Below, piece by piece: positions 20,201-29,758 of a stretch of DNA of 64,000 nucleotides (position 1 is the first letter of the stretch; each line of letters starts with the position of its first letter). Where the stretch lies: NCBI GenBank assembly GCA_963765765.1, contig CAVXYC010000029.1:32001-96000 (forward strand). Direction: 5' to 3'. Made by a program: the position numbers and the translations under genes. The notes under the pieces were generated by a model. That model saw only the letters and a list, made by a program, of their open reading frames with translations. It ran no database searches and was not told the DNA's origin. This DNA comes from an uncultured Chloroflexia bacterium. Its GTDB lineage: Bacteria > Chloroflexota > UBA6077 > JACCZL01.

Positions 20201-20891
20201 ACCCTCTGAGCCTGAGACTGACCCATCCGAGCTCCAACGAGAGGTTCGTCGCCTCAAGCGGGAGCTTTCTCGCCTGGGCCCGGTGGACGATGCGGCCCTG
20301 TCCGAATATCAGGAGCTTATCGATCGGCACGAGTTCCTGACTCAGCAGTCCGTTGATCTGGAACGAGCTTCTGAGTCATTGAAGTCCGCGATGGCGGATC
20401 TTGAGGTGCTCATCCAGGGCGGGCTCGATGCCACGCTGACCGAGGTGAACAACGCCTTTCAACGCACGTTCGAGCGGCTTTTCAAAGGCGGTGAAGCGCG
20501 TCTCGTCTGGAGCAATCCGGACGAACCAATTGCAAGTGGGATCGATATCGTGGCTCAGCCGCCGGGCAAGCGTTTGCAGCCGCTTGGCAACTTCTCGGGT
20601 GGGGAGCGAGCACTCGCAAGCGTTGCGTTGGTCTTCGCCCTGCTCCAGGTCAATCCGACGCCCTTCTGCGTTCTCGATGAGGTAGACGCGGCGCTGGATG
20701 AATCGAACGTCGGACGGTTCGCCGATATCATCCGCGAGTGGTCTTCGCGAACGCAATTCATAGTGGTCACGCATAATAGAAATACGATGGAGATCGCCGA
20801 TTCGTTGTTCGGGATCTCCATGGACACTCACGGAGTGAGTCGCGTCGTGTCGCTCAAGCTGGACCAGGTTCTGGCGGCGGCCGAGGGGTAG
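17263..20891 (+). CDS. smc: chromosome segregation protein SMC, one frameshift near 17505
   Basis: GFKSFA and Walker A GPNGSGKSN (17263-17511), then long coiled coils with a hinge, SGGE signature, PFCVLDEVDAALDE and QFIVVTH. Confidence 0.93.
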
Positions 20892-20898
20892 CAAGGGA

Positions 20899-21837
20899 AT
20901 GGTCTTCAATCGTTGGTTTGGATCAGACAAAGCAATAGACAAGGGTGTGGAAAAAACCCGCCAGGGCTTCTTCAGCAAAGTCGCTGAGCTCTTTACACGA
21001 GAGACGCTCGACGAGGAAATCTGGGACGATCTGGAGGAAGCGCTTCTGGGGGCCGACGTCGGCGTTCAGACGACCGATGAAATTCTCGAAACGCTTCGGC
21101 GTCAGGTGGATTCCGGATCAATCCGCACTAACTCGGAATTGAAACAGGCTCTCCAGCAAGCTCTCGTCGACCTGCTGAGCAGTGAAGCCGAGTCCCAACC
21201 GTTGCTGGTGGATGGACTCAACGTTGTGCTGATCGTTGGCGTCAACGGAGTAGGCAAGACAACGAGCATCGTCAAGTTGGCGAATCTCTGGACTCAGGAA
21301 GGTCACAAGGTTCTGCTTGCCGGCGGAGACACGTTTCGCGCCGCGGCAATCGAACAGCTGAAAATCTGGGGCGATAGAGCCGATGTGATGGTGGTAGCCC
21401 ACCAGCCAGGCGCCGATCCAGGCGCAGTCGTATTCGACGCCATCACCGCGGCCAAAGCTCGTGGCGCGAACATCGTTCTGGTTGACACGGCCGGCAGGCT
21501 CCATACGAAAACCAACTTGATGGAAGAGCTCCGCAAGATTCGCCGTGTGATCGATCGGCATGGAGCGGAGCGAATTTCGTCGATACTGGTACTCGACGCG
21601 ACAACTGGACAGAACGCCATCTCGCAGGCAAAGAATTTCCGTGACGCGTCAGGTTTGGACGGGATCATCCTGACAAAGCTCGACGGGACTGCCCGAGGCG
21701 GCGTGATCTTTCCAATCGTACGCGAACTGAACCTGCCGATTCTTTACATCGGCACTGGCGAGACGCTCGAGGATATTTCTTCGTTTGAGCCCCAAGCGTT
21801 TGTCTCCGCTCTGCTGAAGGAGCCCAACCGTGTTTGA
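20899..21837 (+). CDS. ftsY: signal recognition particle receptor
   Basis: GVNGVGKTT, DTFRAAAIEQL, DTAGRLH, DATTGQN, TKLDGTARGG. Confidence 0.96.
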   Translation: MVFNRWFGSDKAIDKGVEKTRQGFFSKVAELFTRETLDEEIWDDLEEALLGADVGVQTTDEILETLRRQVDSGSIRTNSELKQALQQALVDLLSSEAESQPLLVDGLNVVLIVGVNGVGKTTSIVKLANLWTQEGHKVLLAGGDTFRAAAIEQLKIWGDRADVMVVAHQPGADPGAVVFDAITAAKARGANIVLVDTAGRLHTKTNLMEELRKIRRVIDRHGAERISSILVLDATTGQNAISQAKNFRDASGLDGIILTKLDGTARGGVIFPIVRELNLPILYIGTGETLEDISSFEPQAFVSALLKEPNRV

Positions 21838-23170
21838 CAACCTCTCTGACAAGCTTCAGGACGTCTTCAATCGGCTTGGGCGCAAGGGCAAGCTCACCGA
21901 ACAGGATGTGGACGAGGCGCTCCGTGAAGTGCGCGTTGCGCTCCTGGAAGCGGACGTCAACTTCAAAGTCGTTCGGCAGTTCGTCGCGGCGATTCGTGAG
22001 AAGGCGGTCGGCTCCGAGGTGCTCGAAAGCCTGACACCCGCGCAACAAGTCGTCAAGATTGTTCACGATCAGCTTCAAGAGATGCTCGGTGGAGAGTCTG
22101 TGGGCCTGGCCACGTCGTCAAGCCCTCCAGTGGTGATCATGCTGGTCGGCCTACAGGGCTCGGGCAAGACGACCACGAGCGCGAAGCTGGGACTGATGCT
22201 CAAGAAGCAGGGCAAACGGCCGCTTCTTGTGGCTGCCGATCCCTACCGGCCCGCGGCCGTGGAGCAGCTCGAGATTCTCGCTGGACAGCTCGAGCTGCCG
22301 ATCCTCAGTGACTTGAAGAAACGCCCTCCAGATCTTGCTCAGATGGCAGTGTCTCAGGCGAAATCGCAGGGGCTGACGCACGTCATCATCGATACCGCGG
22401 GACGCCTGCACGTCGATGAAGCCATGATGTCAGAGGTCGCTGAGATCAAGCGGCGAGTCAATGCCGACGATGTCCTGTTTGTGGCAGACGCTATGACGGG
22501 CCAGGACGCCGTAAACGCCGCGGCGTCCTTCAACGACTCCGTGGGCGTAACTGGCGCGATTCTGACCAAGCTCGACGGTGACGCTCGTGGCGGCGCGGCG
22601 CTCTCGCTTCGGTCGGTGACAGGCGTTCCCATCAAGTTCATGGGCGTAAGTGAGCGACCGGACGGCCTGGAGCCGTTCCATCCCGACCGAATGTCGTCGC
22701 GAATTCTCGGCATGGGTGACGTGCTCACACTCATCGAGCGCGCTCAATCGACTGTGGACGAGGGACGTGCGGAAGAGCTGGAGAAGAAATTCCGTACGAA
22801 TACGTTCGATTTGAACGATTTTCTGGATCAGCTTCAGCAGGTCCGCAAGATGGGGCCGTTGGATCAAATCCTGGGCATGATCCCGGGTTTATCACAAGCT
22901 ATGCGTGGCTCTCAGATGCCCACGATTGAAGACAAGCAAATCAAGCGGGTTGAGGCGATCATTCTCTCGATGACACCGACCGAGCGAGCACGCCCGGAGA
23001 TCATCGGTGGGAGTCGCAAGCGAAGAATTGCCAAAGGGAGCGGTACGACGCCGACAGATATTAACCAGCTTCTGAACCAGTTCAAACAAATGCAGAAGAT
23101 GATGAAGGCCATGTCTAGCGGCCGCATGCCCGCGGGAATGGGCGGCCTGATGCCCGGAATACGTCGCTGA
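21830..23170 (+). CDS. ffh: signal recognition particle protein
   Basis: ALLEADVN, GLQGSGKTT, DTAGR, TKLDGDARGGAALS, RILGMGD and a Met-rich M domain with SRKRRIAKGSG. Confidence 0.97.
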   Translation: MFDNLSDKLQDVFNRLGRKGKLTEQDVDEALREVRVALLEADVNFKVVRQFVAAIREKAVGSEVLESLTPAQQVVKIVHDQLQEMLGGESVGLATSSSPPVVIMLVGLQGSGKTTTSAKLGLMLKKQGKRPLLVAADPYRPAAVEQLEILAGQLELPILSDLKKRPPDLAQMAVSQAKSQGLTHVIIDTAGRLHVDEAMMSEVAEIKRRVNADDVLFVADAMTGQDAVNAAASFNDSVGVTGAILTKLDGDARGGAALSLRSVTGVPIKFMGVSERPDGLEPFHPDRMSSRILGMGDVLTLIERAQSTVDEGRAEELEKKFRTNTFDLNDFLDQLQQVRKMGPLDQILGMIPGLSQAMRGSQMPTIEDKQIKRVEAIILSMTPTERARPEIIGGSRKRRIAKGSGTTPTDINQLLNQFKQMQKMMKAMSSGRMPAGMGGLMPGIRR

Positions 23171-23183
23171 CGTGGTGCAAAAA

Positions 23184-23215
23184 CGGGTTACAATCGGGTT
23201 ACGAGCGAGTATAAT
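23184..23215 (+). promoter_or_regulatory. promoter with consensus -10 and a tandem GTTAC-N6-GTTAC box over the -35 region
   Basis: CGGGTTAC at 23184-23191 and 23195-23202 (11-bp period), TATAAT at 23210-23215. Confidence 0.6.
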
Positions 23216-23220
23216 GGCGA

Positions 23221-23405
23221 CAGCACTAAGGGAGCGTGGTCGGGACAGGCGTGACCGATAAAGCCCGCGTGATCGCTCAAACGCTGTCGACCACCAGCCC
23301 AATATCCTCCACACAATGGCGTGATGGAGTTTCGAGGACGCGCCAGGTCCGCGTCCATCATCACCTCAAACTTACATACGATCCTGTCAACGTGCCTAAG
23401 CGCTG
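23221..23405 (+). ncRNA. candidate 6S-like RNA (185 nt)
   Basis: Starts 6 nt after TATAAT. The 5' end CAGCACTAAGG..GCGTGGTCGGGA pairs with the 3' end TCCTGTCAACGT.CCTAAGCGCTG. A-rich central bubble with TGACCGATA, and further stems GTGAT/ATCAC and ACGCTGT/ATGGCGT. Folded by eye only. Confidence 0.5.
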
Positions 23406-23506
23406 AGCTTCCGGCGTAAAACACTTCATGCCGCTCGCTCGTGCAATCACCGCACGACGTGATCGCTTGGGTGTAGCTCGTAAGAGCGGTGCGTAAGAGA
23501 AAGGCG

Positions 23507-24820
23507 ATGGATTCGATGAAGAACGCAGTGCGTCTGGCTCCTGTGGGTAAACGGGTCCCTGCGGATTCCAAACACAAGAGCTCTCTGACGCAACAGGCGA
23601 GCGCGCGCTTGGCTACCGAACGCGAAGACCGCCGCAATCAGCTCCTAGAGATCGCCCGCACCCGCGGGTACGTCACTGTTGAAGATCTTATGGAAATTGC
23701 GCCCCCAGGCGAGCTCGACATCGACGAAGTTCGCGAGATCCTCGAGGAAGCAGGGATTGAGCTGCTCGAGTCTGACGATGAAGAAGAGGACACTCCCCCG
23801 CCGACAACGCTCGGATGGACGGAGGGCTCGGATCTCACCGCGGAATCGGTAGATGCCGCGGGTACCGAAGAGCGTGTGCTCATTCGCGCTCCGTTTCTCG
23901 AGGCTGAGGAGCTTGTACCCGAGACCCCCGCGGCTATCTATTTGCGGGACATCAGCCGTGTACCCTTACTCACGGCTGAGGAAGAGGTGCAGCTCGCCAA
24001 GGAGCTCGAATCGGGCGAGCTTGCAAAGGTCTCACTCGTTGATGTTGTGGATGACGAAAGCGAGCGGGATCACCTCGATGCCAACGTTGTTGTTGGAGAG
24101 AAGGCGCGTAAGCGACTTACGGAATCCAACCTGCGACTGGTGGTCAGTGTGGCGCGCAAGTACATGGGCCGTGGACTGCCCCTGCTGGATCTGATCCAGG
24201 AGGGCAATATCGGTCTCGGACGCGCAGTCGAGAAGTACGACTACACCAAGGGCTACCGCTTTAGCACGTACGCCTACTGGTGGATTCGTCAGGCCGTCAC
24301 CCGTGCGATTGCCGACCAGGCGCGCACGGTGCGCGTACCGGTGCACATGATCGAGCTCATCGGTGACGTCTACAAGGCCGCCCGCGATCTCCAGCAAACT
24401 CTCGGCCGCGAGCCCAACCCGGACGAGATTGCCGAGCACATGGAGACAACTGGCGAGCGTGTACGGCAGATCCTGCGGGCGGCGCGCCAGCCGATCTCGC
24501 TGGAGACGCCCGTCGGTGAAGAGGAAGAGTCCACCATCGCGGACTTCGTGGCCGACAAGTCGGCTCGCGCCCCTCTGGAAGCCGCGTCCGAAGCGATGCT
24601 GAAGGATCACGTGGAGGACGCGCTCCAGGAGCTCACTCCTCGCGAGCGGCAGGTGCTGCGGATGCGATTCGGTCTTCACGACGGTCGCGATCGAACGCTT
24701 GGCGAGATTGGCGAGGAGCTTGGGGTGAGCCGTGAGCGCGTACGCCAGATCGAAGCCGAGGCATTGGCCAAGCTTCGACAGCCGCGACTGCGGTTGAAGT
24801 TCCGCGAATACCTTGAGTGA
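23507..24820 (+). CDS. RpoD/SigA-family sigma-70 factor, probably group-2-like
   Basis: Region 1.1 (RGYVT), 1.2 YLRDISRVPLLTAEEE, region 2 NLRLVVSVARKY..DLIQEGNIGL..FSTYAYWWIRQA, region 4 TLGEIG..VSRERVRQIE. Confidence 0.92.
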   Translation: MDSMKNAVRLAPVGKRVPADSKHKSSLTQQASARLATEREDRRNQLLEIARTRGYVTVEDLMEIAPPGELDIDEVREILEEAGIELLESDDEEEDTPPPTTLGWTEGSDLTAESVDAAGTEERVLIRAPFLEAEELVPETPAAIYLRDISRVPLLTAEEEVQLAKELESGELAKVSLVDVVDDESERDHLDANVVVGEKARKRLTESNLRLVVSVARKYMGRGLPLLDLIQEGNIGLGRAVEKYDYTKGYRFSTYAYWWIRQAVTRAIADQARTVRVPVHMIELIGDVYKAARDLQQTLGREPNPDEIAEHMETTGERVRQILRAARQPISLETPVGEEEESTIADFVADKSARAPLEAASEAMLKDHVEDALQELTPRERQVLRMRFGLHDGRDRTLGEIGEELGVSRERVRQIEAEALAKLRQPRLRLKFREYLE

Positions 24821-24847
24821 TTTCGGCCTCGCGCTGAGATGAACACG

Positions 24848-24883
24848 AACCCCCGGGTTAATTCAGCCGGGGGTTTTGTTTTC
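24848..24883 (+). terminator. intrinsic terminator after the sigma gene
   Basis: AACCCCCGG / CCGGGGGTT stem followed by TTGTTTTC. Confidence 0.85.
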
Positions 24884-24916
24884 AGATCGATCTCACTCAG
24901 CACCGCCCGTTACCCG

Positions 24917-25011
24917 CCGAGCCGCGCACGCGAGTAAGCGGTTTCTCTCGCACCCACAGCGGTCTTGCATATCGGCGCGAGAGAAACCGCTTACTCGCGT
25001 GCGCGGCTCGG
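24917..25011. repeat. perfect 35-bp inverted repeat with 25-nt spacer (REP doublet/REPIN-like)
   Basis: 24917-24951 CCGAGCCGCGCACGCGAGTAAGCGGTTTCTCTCGC is the exact reverse complement of 24977-25011. Confidence 0.9.
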
Positions 25012-25147
25012 TTGATGGTTGGTGGGTTCTCGTGGGCTGGAATTGTCCGCGAGAGGAGTCGCATCCCGTGAGGGTGCGGCTCCGTCGTGAGTTGTGGTTG
25101 CCGGAAGGGCTGACGATCTGGTCTCGGAACTGGTACAAAAAGGTACC

Positions 25148-25994
25148 GTGTCTCCTTCAACGAAGCCTGCCGTTGGCGCACGCTCAGCGAAATCCCCGAA
25201 GCCGGCGTTCGGCTCGACGTTGCGCTCGTCGAACGCGCCCTGGCGCCATCTCGAGAGCGCGCTCAGGCGCTCATTCTGGCGGGAGTGGTCCGGGTGGACG
25301 GGGAGACGGAACGACGCGCATCACGACCGGTCGGCTCCGAGCGCGCTCTATCGATCGATGAGCCTGCTCGGTTCGTCAGCCGCGGCGGTTTGAAGCTCGA
25401 GCGGGCGCTCGATACGTTCGAAATTGACGTAACGAGCAAGGTTTGTCTGGACGCGGGCGCATCAACCGGTGGATTCGTCGACTGTCTACTCCAGCGTGGC
25501 GCGTCGCGCGTGTACGCGGTCGATGTCGGGTACGGGCAGCTAGACTGGCGGTTGCGCAGCGATCCGCGGGTCGTCGTCATGGAGCGCGTCAATGCTCGAT
25601 ATCTGGATGCGCTTCCAGAACCGGCAGGTACCGTGACTGCTGACGTTTCGTTCATCTCGCTTCGCCTGGTGCTTACCAGCGCTGCGCCGTGTGGCGACCC
25701 CTGAAGCACCGATCATCACGTTAATCAAGCCGCAGTTCGAAGCAGGCCGGGATGCTGTGGGAAAAGGTGGTGTTGTGCGCGAGGCGACGGACCATGTTCA
25801 GGTGATACAGGGCCTTGCTGACTGGGGCGAACAATGTGGCGAGCGTCTCGTGCGGCTCGATTACTCACCGGTGAGAGGGCCGCGGAAATATTGAGTTTCT
25901 TGGACTCTGGACCAGCAAACCAGGTGAGCCATCGGTATCGACGGCACGCATCGAGCTGTTGGTACTCGAGGCGCATCGGAGTTTGATCGGGTGA
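25148..25994 (+). CDS. tlyA: TlyA-family rRNA (cytidine-2'-O)-methyltransferase, about 3 frameshifts
   Basis: RLDVALVER..SRERAQALILAG S4 domain, FVSRGGLKL, DAGASTGGF, VDVGYGQL, DVSFISL, LIKPQFE and GNIEF across frames. Confidence 0.88.
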
Positions 25995-26794
25995 GTCGCA
26001 TTGCACTGGTGTTTCAGCCGTTCAAGCAGGACGCGGTGAAGATGGCCGAAGAGGCGGCGGTGTGGCTGAAGGAGCGATGCCATAAGGCGACGTTGTTTCC
26101 GGCGTTTGACCTTGATGCCGAATGTCCTAAGGACACGACCCTGGTCATCGCGTTTGGTGGTGATGGAACCACACTGCGTGCCGCGCGCTGGTTCGCAGAC
26201 ACAGCGACGCCCGTCCTTAGCGTTCGCATGGGAACGTTGAGCTTTCTCGGTGAAGTAGACCCCAGCGAGCTCTTCACGGTTCTCCCCAGTTACCTGGAAG
26301 GTGACTACTGGATTGAAGAGCGAGCCATGCTCGAGGGTCACTTCGATGGTCAGACCGCATATGCGCTAAACGACATCGTGGTCGCACGGGGTGGCGCACT
26401 TCGAGCTGTGCGTGTCGACGTAGCCGTTGATGATGAGCACGTTACTCGTTACCTGGCAGACGGCATCATCGTTTCGACCGCCACGGGATCTACGGCCTAC
26501 TCACTCGCGGCAGGCGGCCCAGTAGTTGCGCCAGAGCTCAGATGTATGGTTCTGACGCCTATTGCTCCTCATTTGAATGTTTTGCACAGCATGGTGGTCG
26601 GAGAATCCTCAACCATCCAGCTCACGCCGCTACCAGGGCAGCAGGCTCTTCTAACCGTGGACGGCCAGGAGGATGTTCCGTTGGCGCCAGACATGGCCGT
26701 CAGCGTGAAGCTGGCGGACCGTCAGACCCGATTTGCCCGTCGCGGCCCACGCGGGGTCTTTTATCGATCGATCGCAGCAAAACTTCATCGGTAG
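25991..26794 (+). CDS. nadK: NAD kinase
   Basis: GGDGT, LNDIV, DGIIVSTATGSTAYSLAAGGP, in the conserved tlyA-nadK-recN order. Confidence 0.95.
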   Translation: MSRIALVFQPFKQDAVKMAEEAAVWLKERCHKATLFPAFDLDAECPKDTTLVIAFGGDGTTLRAARWFADTATPVLSVRMGTLSFLGEVDPSELFTVLPSYLEGDYWIEERAMLEGHFDGQTAYALNDIVVARGGALRAVRVDVAVDDEHVTRYLADGIIVSTATGSTAYSLAAGGPVVAPELRCMVLTPIAPHLNVLHSMVVGESSTIQLTPLPGQQALLTVDGQEDVPLAPDMAVSVKLADRQTRFARRGPRGVFYRSIAAKLHR

Positions 26795-26803
26795 TATGGG
26801 ATC

Positions 26804-28589
26804 GTGCTGACTGACCTATCCGTCAGCAACTTCGCGATTGTTGATCGATTAACGCTTTCCTGGGACAAGCGGCTTCACTGTGATTACGGGTGAGACCGGC
26901 GCGGGCAAGTCAATCATTGTTGATGCCATCGGGGCTCTCATTGGCGGCCGTGTCTATCCAGACATGGTTCATGCGGGCGCCAACCGAGCTACCGTTGAGG
27001 GCGTATTCGATCTGGAGCCAGATTCGGCCGCTTGGACTCAGATTTCAACGATTCTGAGTGAGCATGGTATTGAGTCGGAAGACACTTCAGTCATCATCAC
27101 TCGTGAGATTGCCACGGGCAACGGCCGCGGAGTAAGCCGCATCAACGGCCGTGCAGTGCCCTTATCAGTGGTTCAGCGCGTGGGTGAGTGGTTAGTGGAT
27201 ATTCACGGTCAGAGCGAGCATCTCTCATTGCTCCGAGCACGAGAGCAGTTAGAGCTTCTCGATCGATACGCTCGATTGTTACCTCTTCGACAGCAGATGG
27301 CGACCGTAGTACGTGACCTTCGTCGTGTGCGATCGGAACGATCGCTGTTGGAGGAAGAGATGCGTCGGGCTCGTCGCGAGGAATCTCTGCTGCGACATGA
27401 GGTCACCGAGATCGAGGCGGCAAACCTGGATCCGGACGAAGAGGCGACGCTCCAGTCCAGTCGCCAGCGCCTGAGAAACGCGGAAAGGCTGCAGACGGCC
27501 CTGACCTCCGCGGTTGCGTTGCTCAGCGGCGAGGAAGAGCGGCTCGGCGCGGTGGAGCTCATCGGTCAGGCGGCGCTCCACGTTCGAGACGCCTCGCGTC
27601 ACGACCCAGAGCTCAGTGAGGAAGCAGACTCAATTGCCACGGTCTCAGCCCAAGCCGAAGACGTCCTTGGAGCGCTTGCCGCGTATCTCGAGCGGCTTGC
27701 CGAAGATGCCGGCGAGCTGGAATCAGTTGAAGAGCGGGCTCTCCTGATTGCCGATCTGAAGCGAAAATACAGCGATTCGGTGGTCGGAATTCTGGAGTAT
27801 TTGGAGGAAGCTCGCGATCGACTTACGCGCCTGGAGCATCACGACGCTCTGATCGATGAGCTCAGCGATCGAGAGATGACGTTGAGAGAGCAGGCGTCCT
27901 CAATTGCCTCGGACCTCAGCAGGCAGCGTCAACAAGCCGCGGAGCGGCTCGCTGAGGCGATCAAAACCGAGCTTGATGACCTTGGCCTCCGGGGCACGAC
28001 CATGGAGGTCAAGTTCGCACGAGAACCAACTGACGATGGTCTGAAGGTCGACATCGGCGGCAGCTCTGGGCGATACAGCTTCGATGAGACGGGTGTGGAG
28101 CACGCGGAGCTACTCATTGCACCAAATCCCGGCGAGCCGCCCAGACCGCTGGCACGGATTGCCAGCGGTGGCGAGCTTGCGCGCGTCTCTCTGGCAATCA
28201 AGACCGTGCTCAGCCAGGTCGACACGAGGGCAACTTTGATCTTTGATGAGGTTGATGTCGGGGTAGGCGGCCGAAGCGCCGTTGTGGTAGGTGAAAAGCT
28301 CTGGCAGCTTACCGGACATCACCAGGTTCTGTGTATCACACACATGCCGCAGGTTGCCGCATTTGCCGATCAGCACAAACGTGTGGAAAAGAGGACCTCG
28401 CTGGACACGACCAACGTTGCGGTTTCAAATCTTGCTTCGGACGATCGAGCCGAAGAGCTTGCCGCGATGCTGGCTGGGACAGGTGCCGGGAATGCAGCTT
28501 TGGCGTCCGCGCGCGAGCTTATGGATCGAGCCACTGACCTCAAGGAAGGTTCTCAGCCGACAATCCGATCATCTAAGATGCGTCAATGA
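26804..28589 (+). CDS. recN: DNA repair protein RecN, frameshift near 26866
   Basis: MLTDLSVSNFAIVD, then ITGETGAGKS, DIHGQSEH, IASGGELARV, LIFDEVDVGVGG, QVLCITHMPQVAA. Confidence 0.94.
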
Positions 28590-29665
28590 ATGGGCGGAGC
28601 GGCGGCGTTCGATTCGCCATTGCGTTCTACGGAATCGGCCTTACGCTATTCGTCCTTTATCTTATCCGCGACGTTCTAACGCTGCTGTTTGTGGCGTGGA
28701 TCATCGCCGCGGCTCTCCGCCCCGCGGTTGACGGGCTGCAACGATGGATGCCCCGGGGCGTGGCGATCCTCATTCCCTATCTCGCACTGGTGGGCGGCGT
28801 CGCGGCTCTCGGGTTCCTCCTCGTGCCGCCATTCATCGCCCAGTTCCGTGCGCTAGCGACAAACTTTCCGCGATATCTCGACCAAGCACAGAGTACGATG
28901 AGCGTACTTGATGAGTGGCTGCGCGCCAACGGGCTTCCGTCCACCTCACTCAATGATCAAGTCGCTCAGTTGACAGGCTTTCTCAATCAGGCCGCGGGAT
29001 TCTTGATCCGTGTCCCGCTGATGGCATTGAGCGCCATACTCGGTACCTTCGCAACGGTAGCAATTGGCTACTACTGGCTGCTTTCTCGAGATCAGGCCGT
29101 GACCTGGCTGTGCCGCACACTGCGGCCCGACAATTCAGAGACCGCCAGGCGAGTGTTCGATCGTGCGGAGCTTCAAATGGGCTCGTATGTGCGTGGCCTG
29201 GTCTTTCTCGGCTTTGTCATTGGCATCGTGACGCTCATCGGACTGCTTGTACTGCGTATCCCCTACGCAATCGTGTTGGCCGTGATCGCCGGCGTCCTGG
29301 AGCTGTTACCAACAATAGGGCCCATTCTGTCCGCGGTCCCCGCGGTGCTGGTGGCCCTCACGATCTCGCCCTGGCTCGGGCTCGTCGTCGCTTTGCTTTA
29401 CCTGGCAATCCAGCAGCTCGAGAACTACATCCTGGTCCCCCGAGTGCATCAACACTCTGTGGGGCTTCCACCTCTAGTTATCCTGTTGGCAGTGCTCATC
29501 GGTAGCACAATCGGCGGCATTCCAGGAGCCATTCTGGCGGTGCCAGTGGCGGCTCTAATCGCACTCATCGTAGAAGAATGGCAGCAGCTCACAACGGATG
29601 GGCCCGGTGAGGAAGGGGCCACGACTTCGCCGATTACTGAAACGCCGATTGGTGAAACAAAGTAA
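28586..29665 (+). CDS. AI-2E family transporter
   Basis: Multi-TM protein with LELLPTIGP, QQLENYILVPR and GGIPGAILAVP motifs. Confidence 0.9.
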   Translation: MNGRSGGVRFAIAFYGIGLTLFVLYLIRDVLTLLFVAWIIAAALRPAVDGLQRWMPRGVAILIPYLALVGGVAALGFLLVPPFIAQFRALATNFPRYLDQAQSTMSVLDEWLRANGLPSTSLNDQVAQLTGFLNQAAGFLIRVPLMALSAILGTFATVAIGYYWLLSRDQAVTWLCRTLRPDNSETARRVFDRAELQMGSYVRGLVFLGFVIGIVTLIGLLVLRIPYAIVLAVIAGVLELLPTIGPILSAVPAVLVALTISPWLGLVVALLYLAIQQLENYILVPRVHQHSVGLPPLVILLAVLIGSTIGGIPGAILAVPVAALIALIVEEWQQLTTDGPGEEGATTSPITETPIGETK

Positions 29666-29702
29666 TGGCGCGCAGCCTTGAGAGTGCGTGCGACGGAACA
29701 AG

Positions 29703-29740
29703 GAAAAGGCGGGACGATCTAATCGCCCGCCTTTTCTTTC
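29703..29740. terminator. bidirectional intrinsic terminator
   Basis: GAAAAGGCGGG...CCCGCCTTTTCTTTC between convergent genes. Confidence 0.85.
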
Positions 29741-29758
29741 AGTTACGACTGAATCGAC

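Noticed and set aside
23171-23500. SRP RNA (ffs) next to ffh
   Set aside because: GCCAGGTCC resembles part of SRP helix 8, but the conserved GGAA tetraloop and AGCAG are missing.
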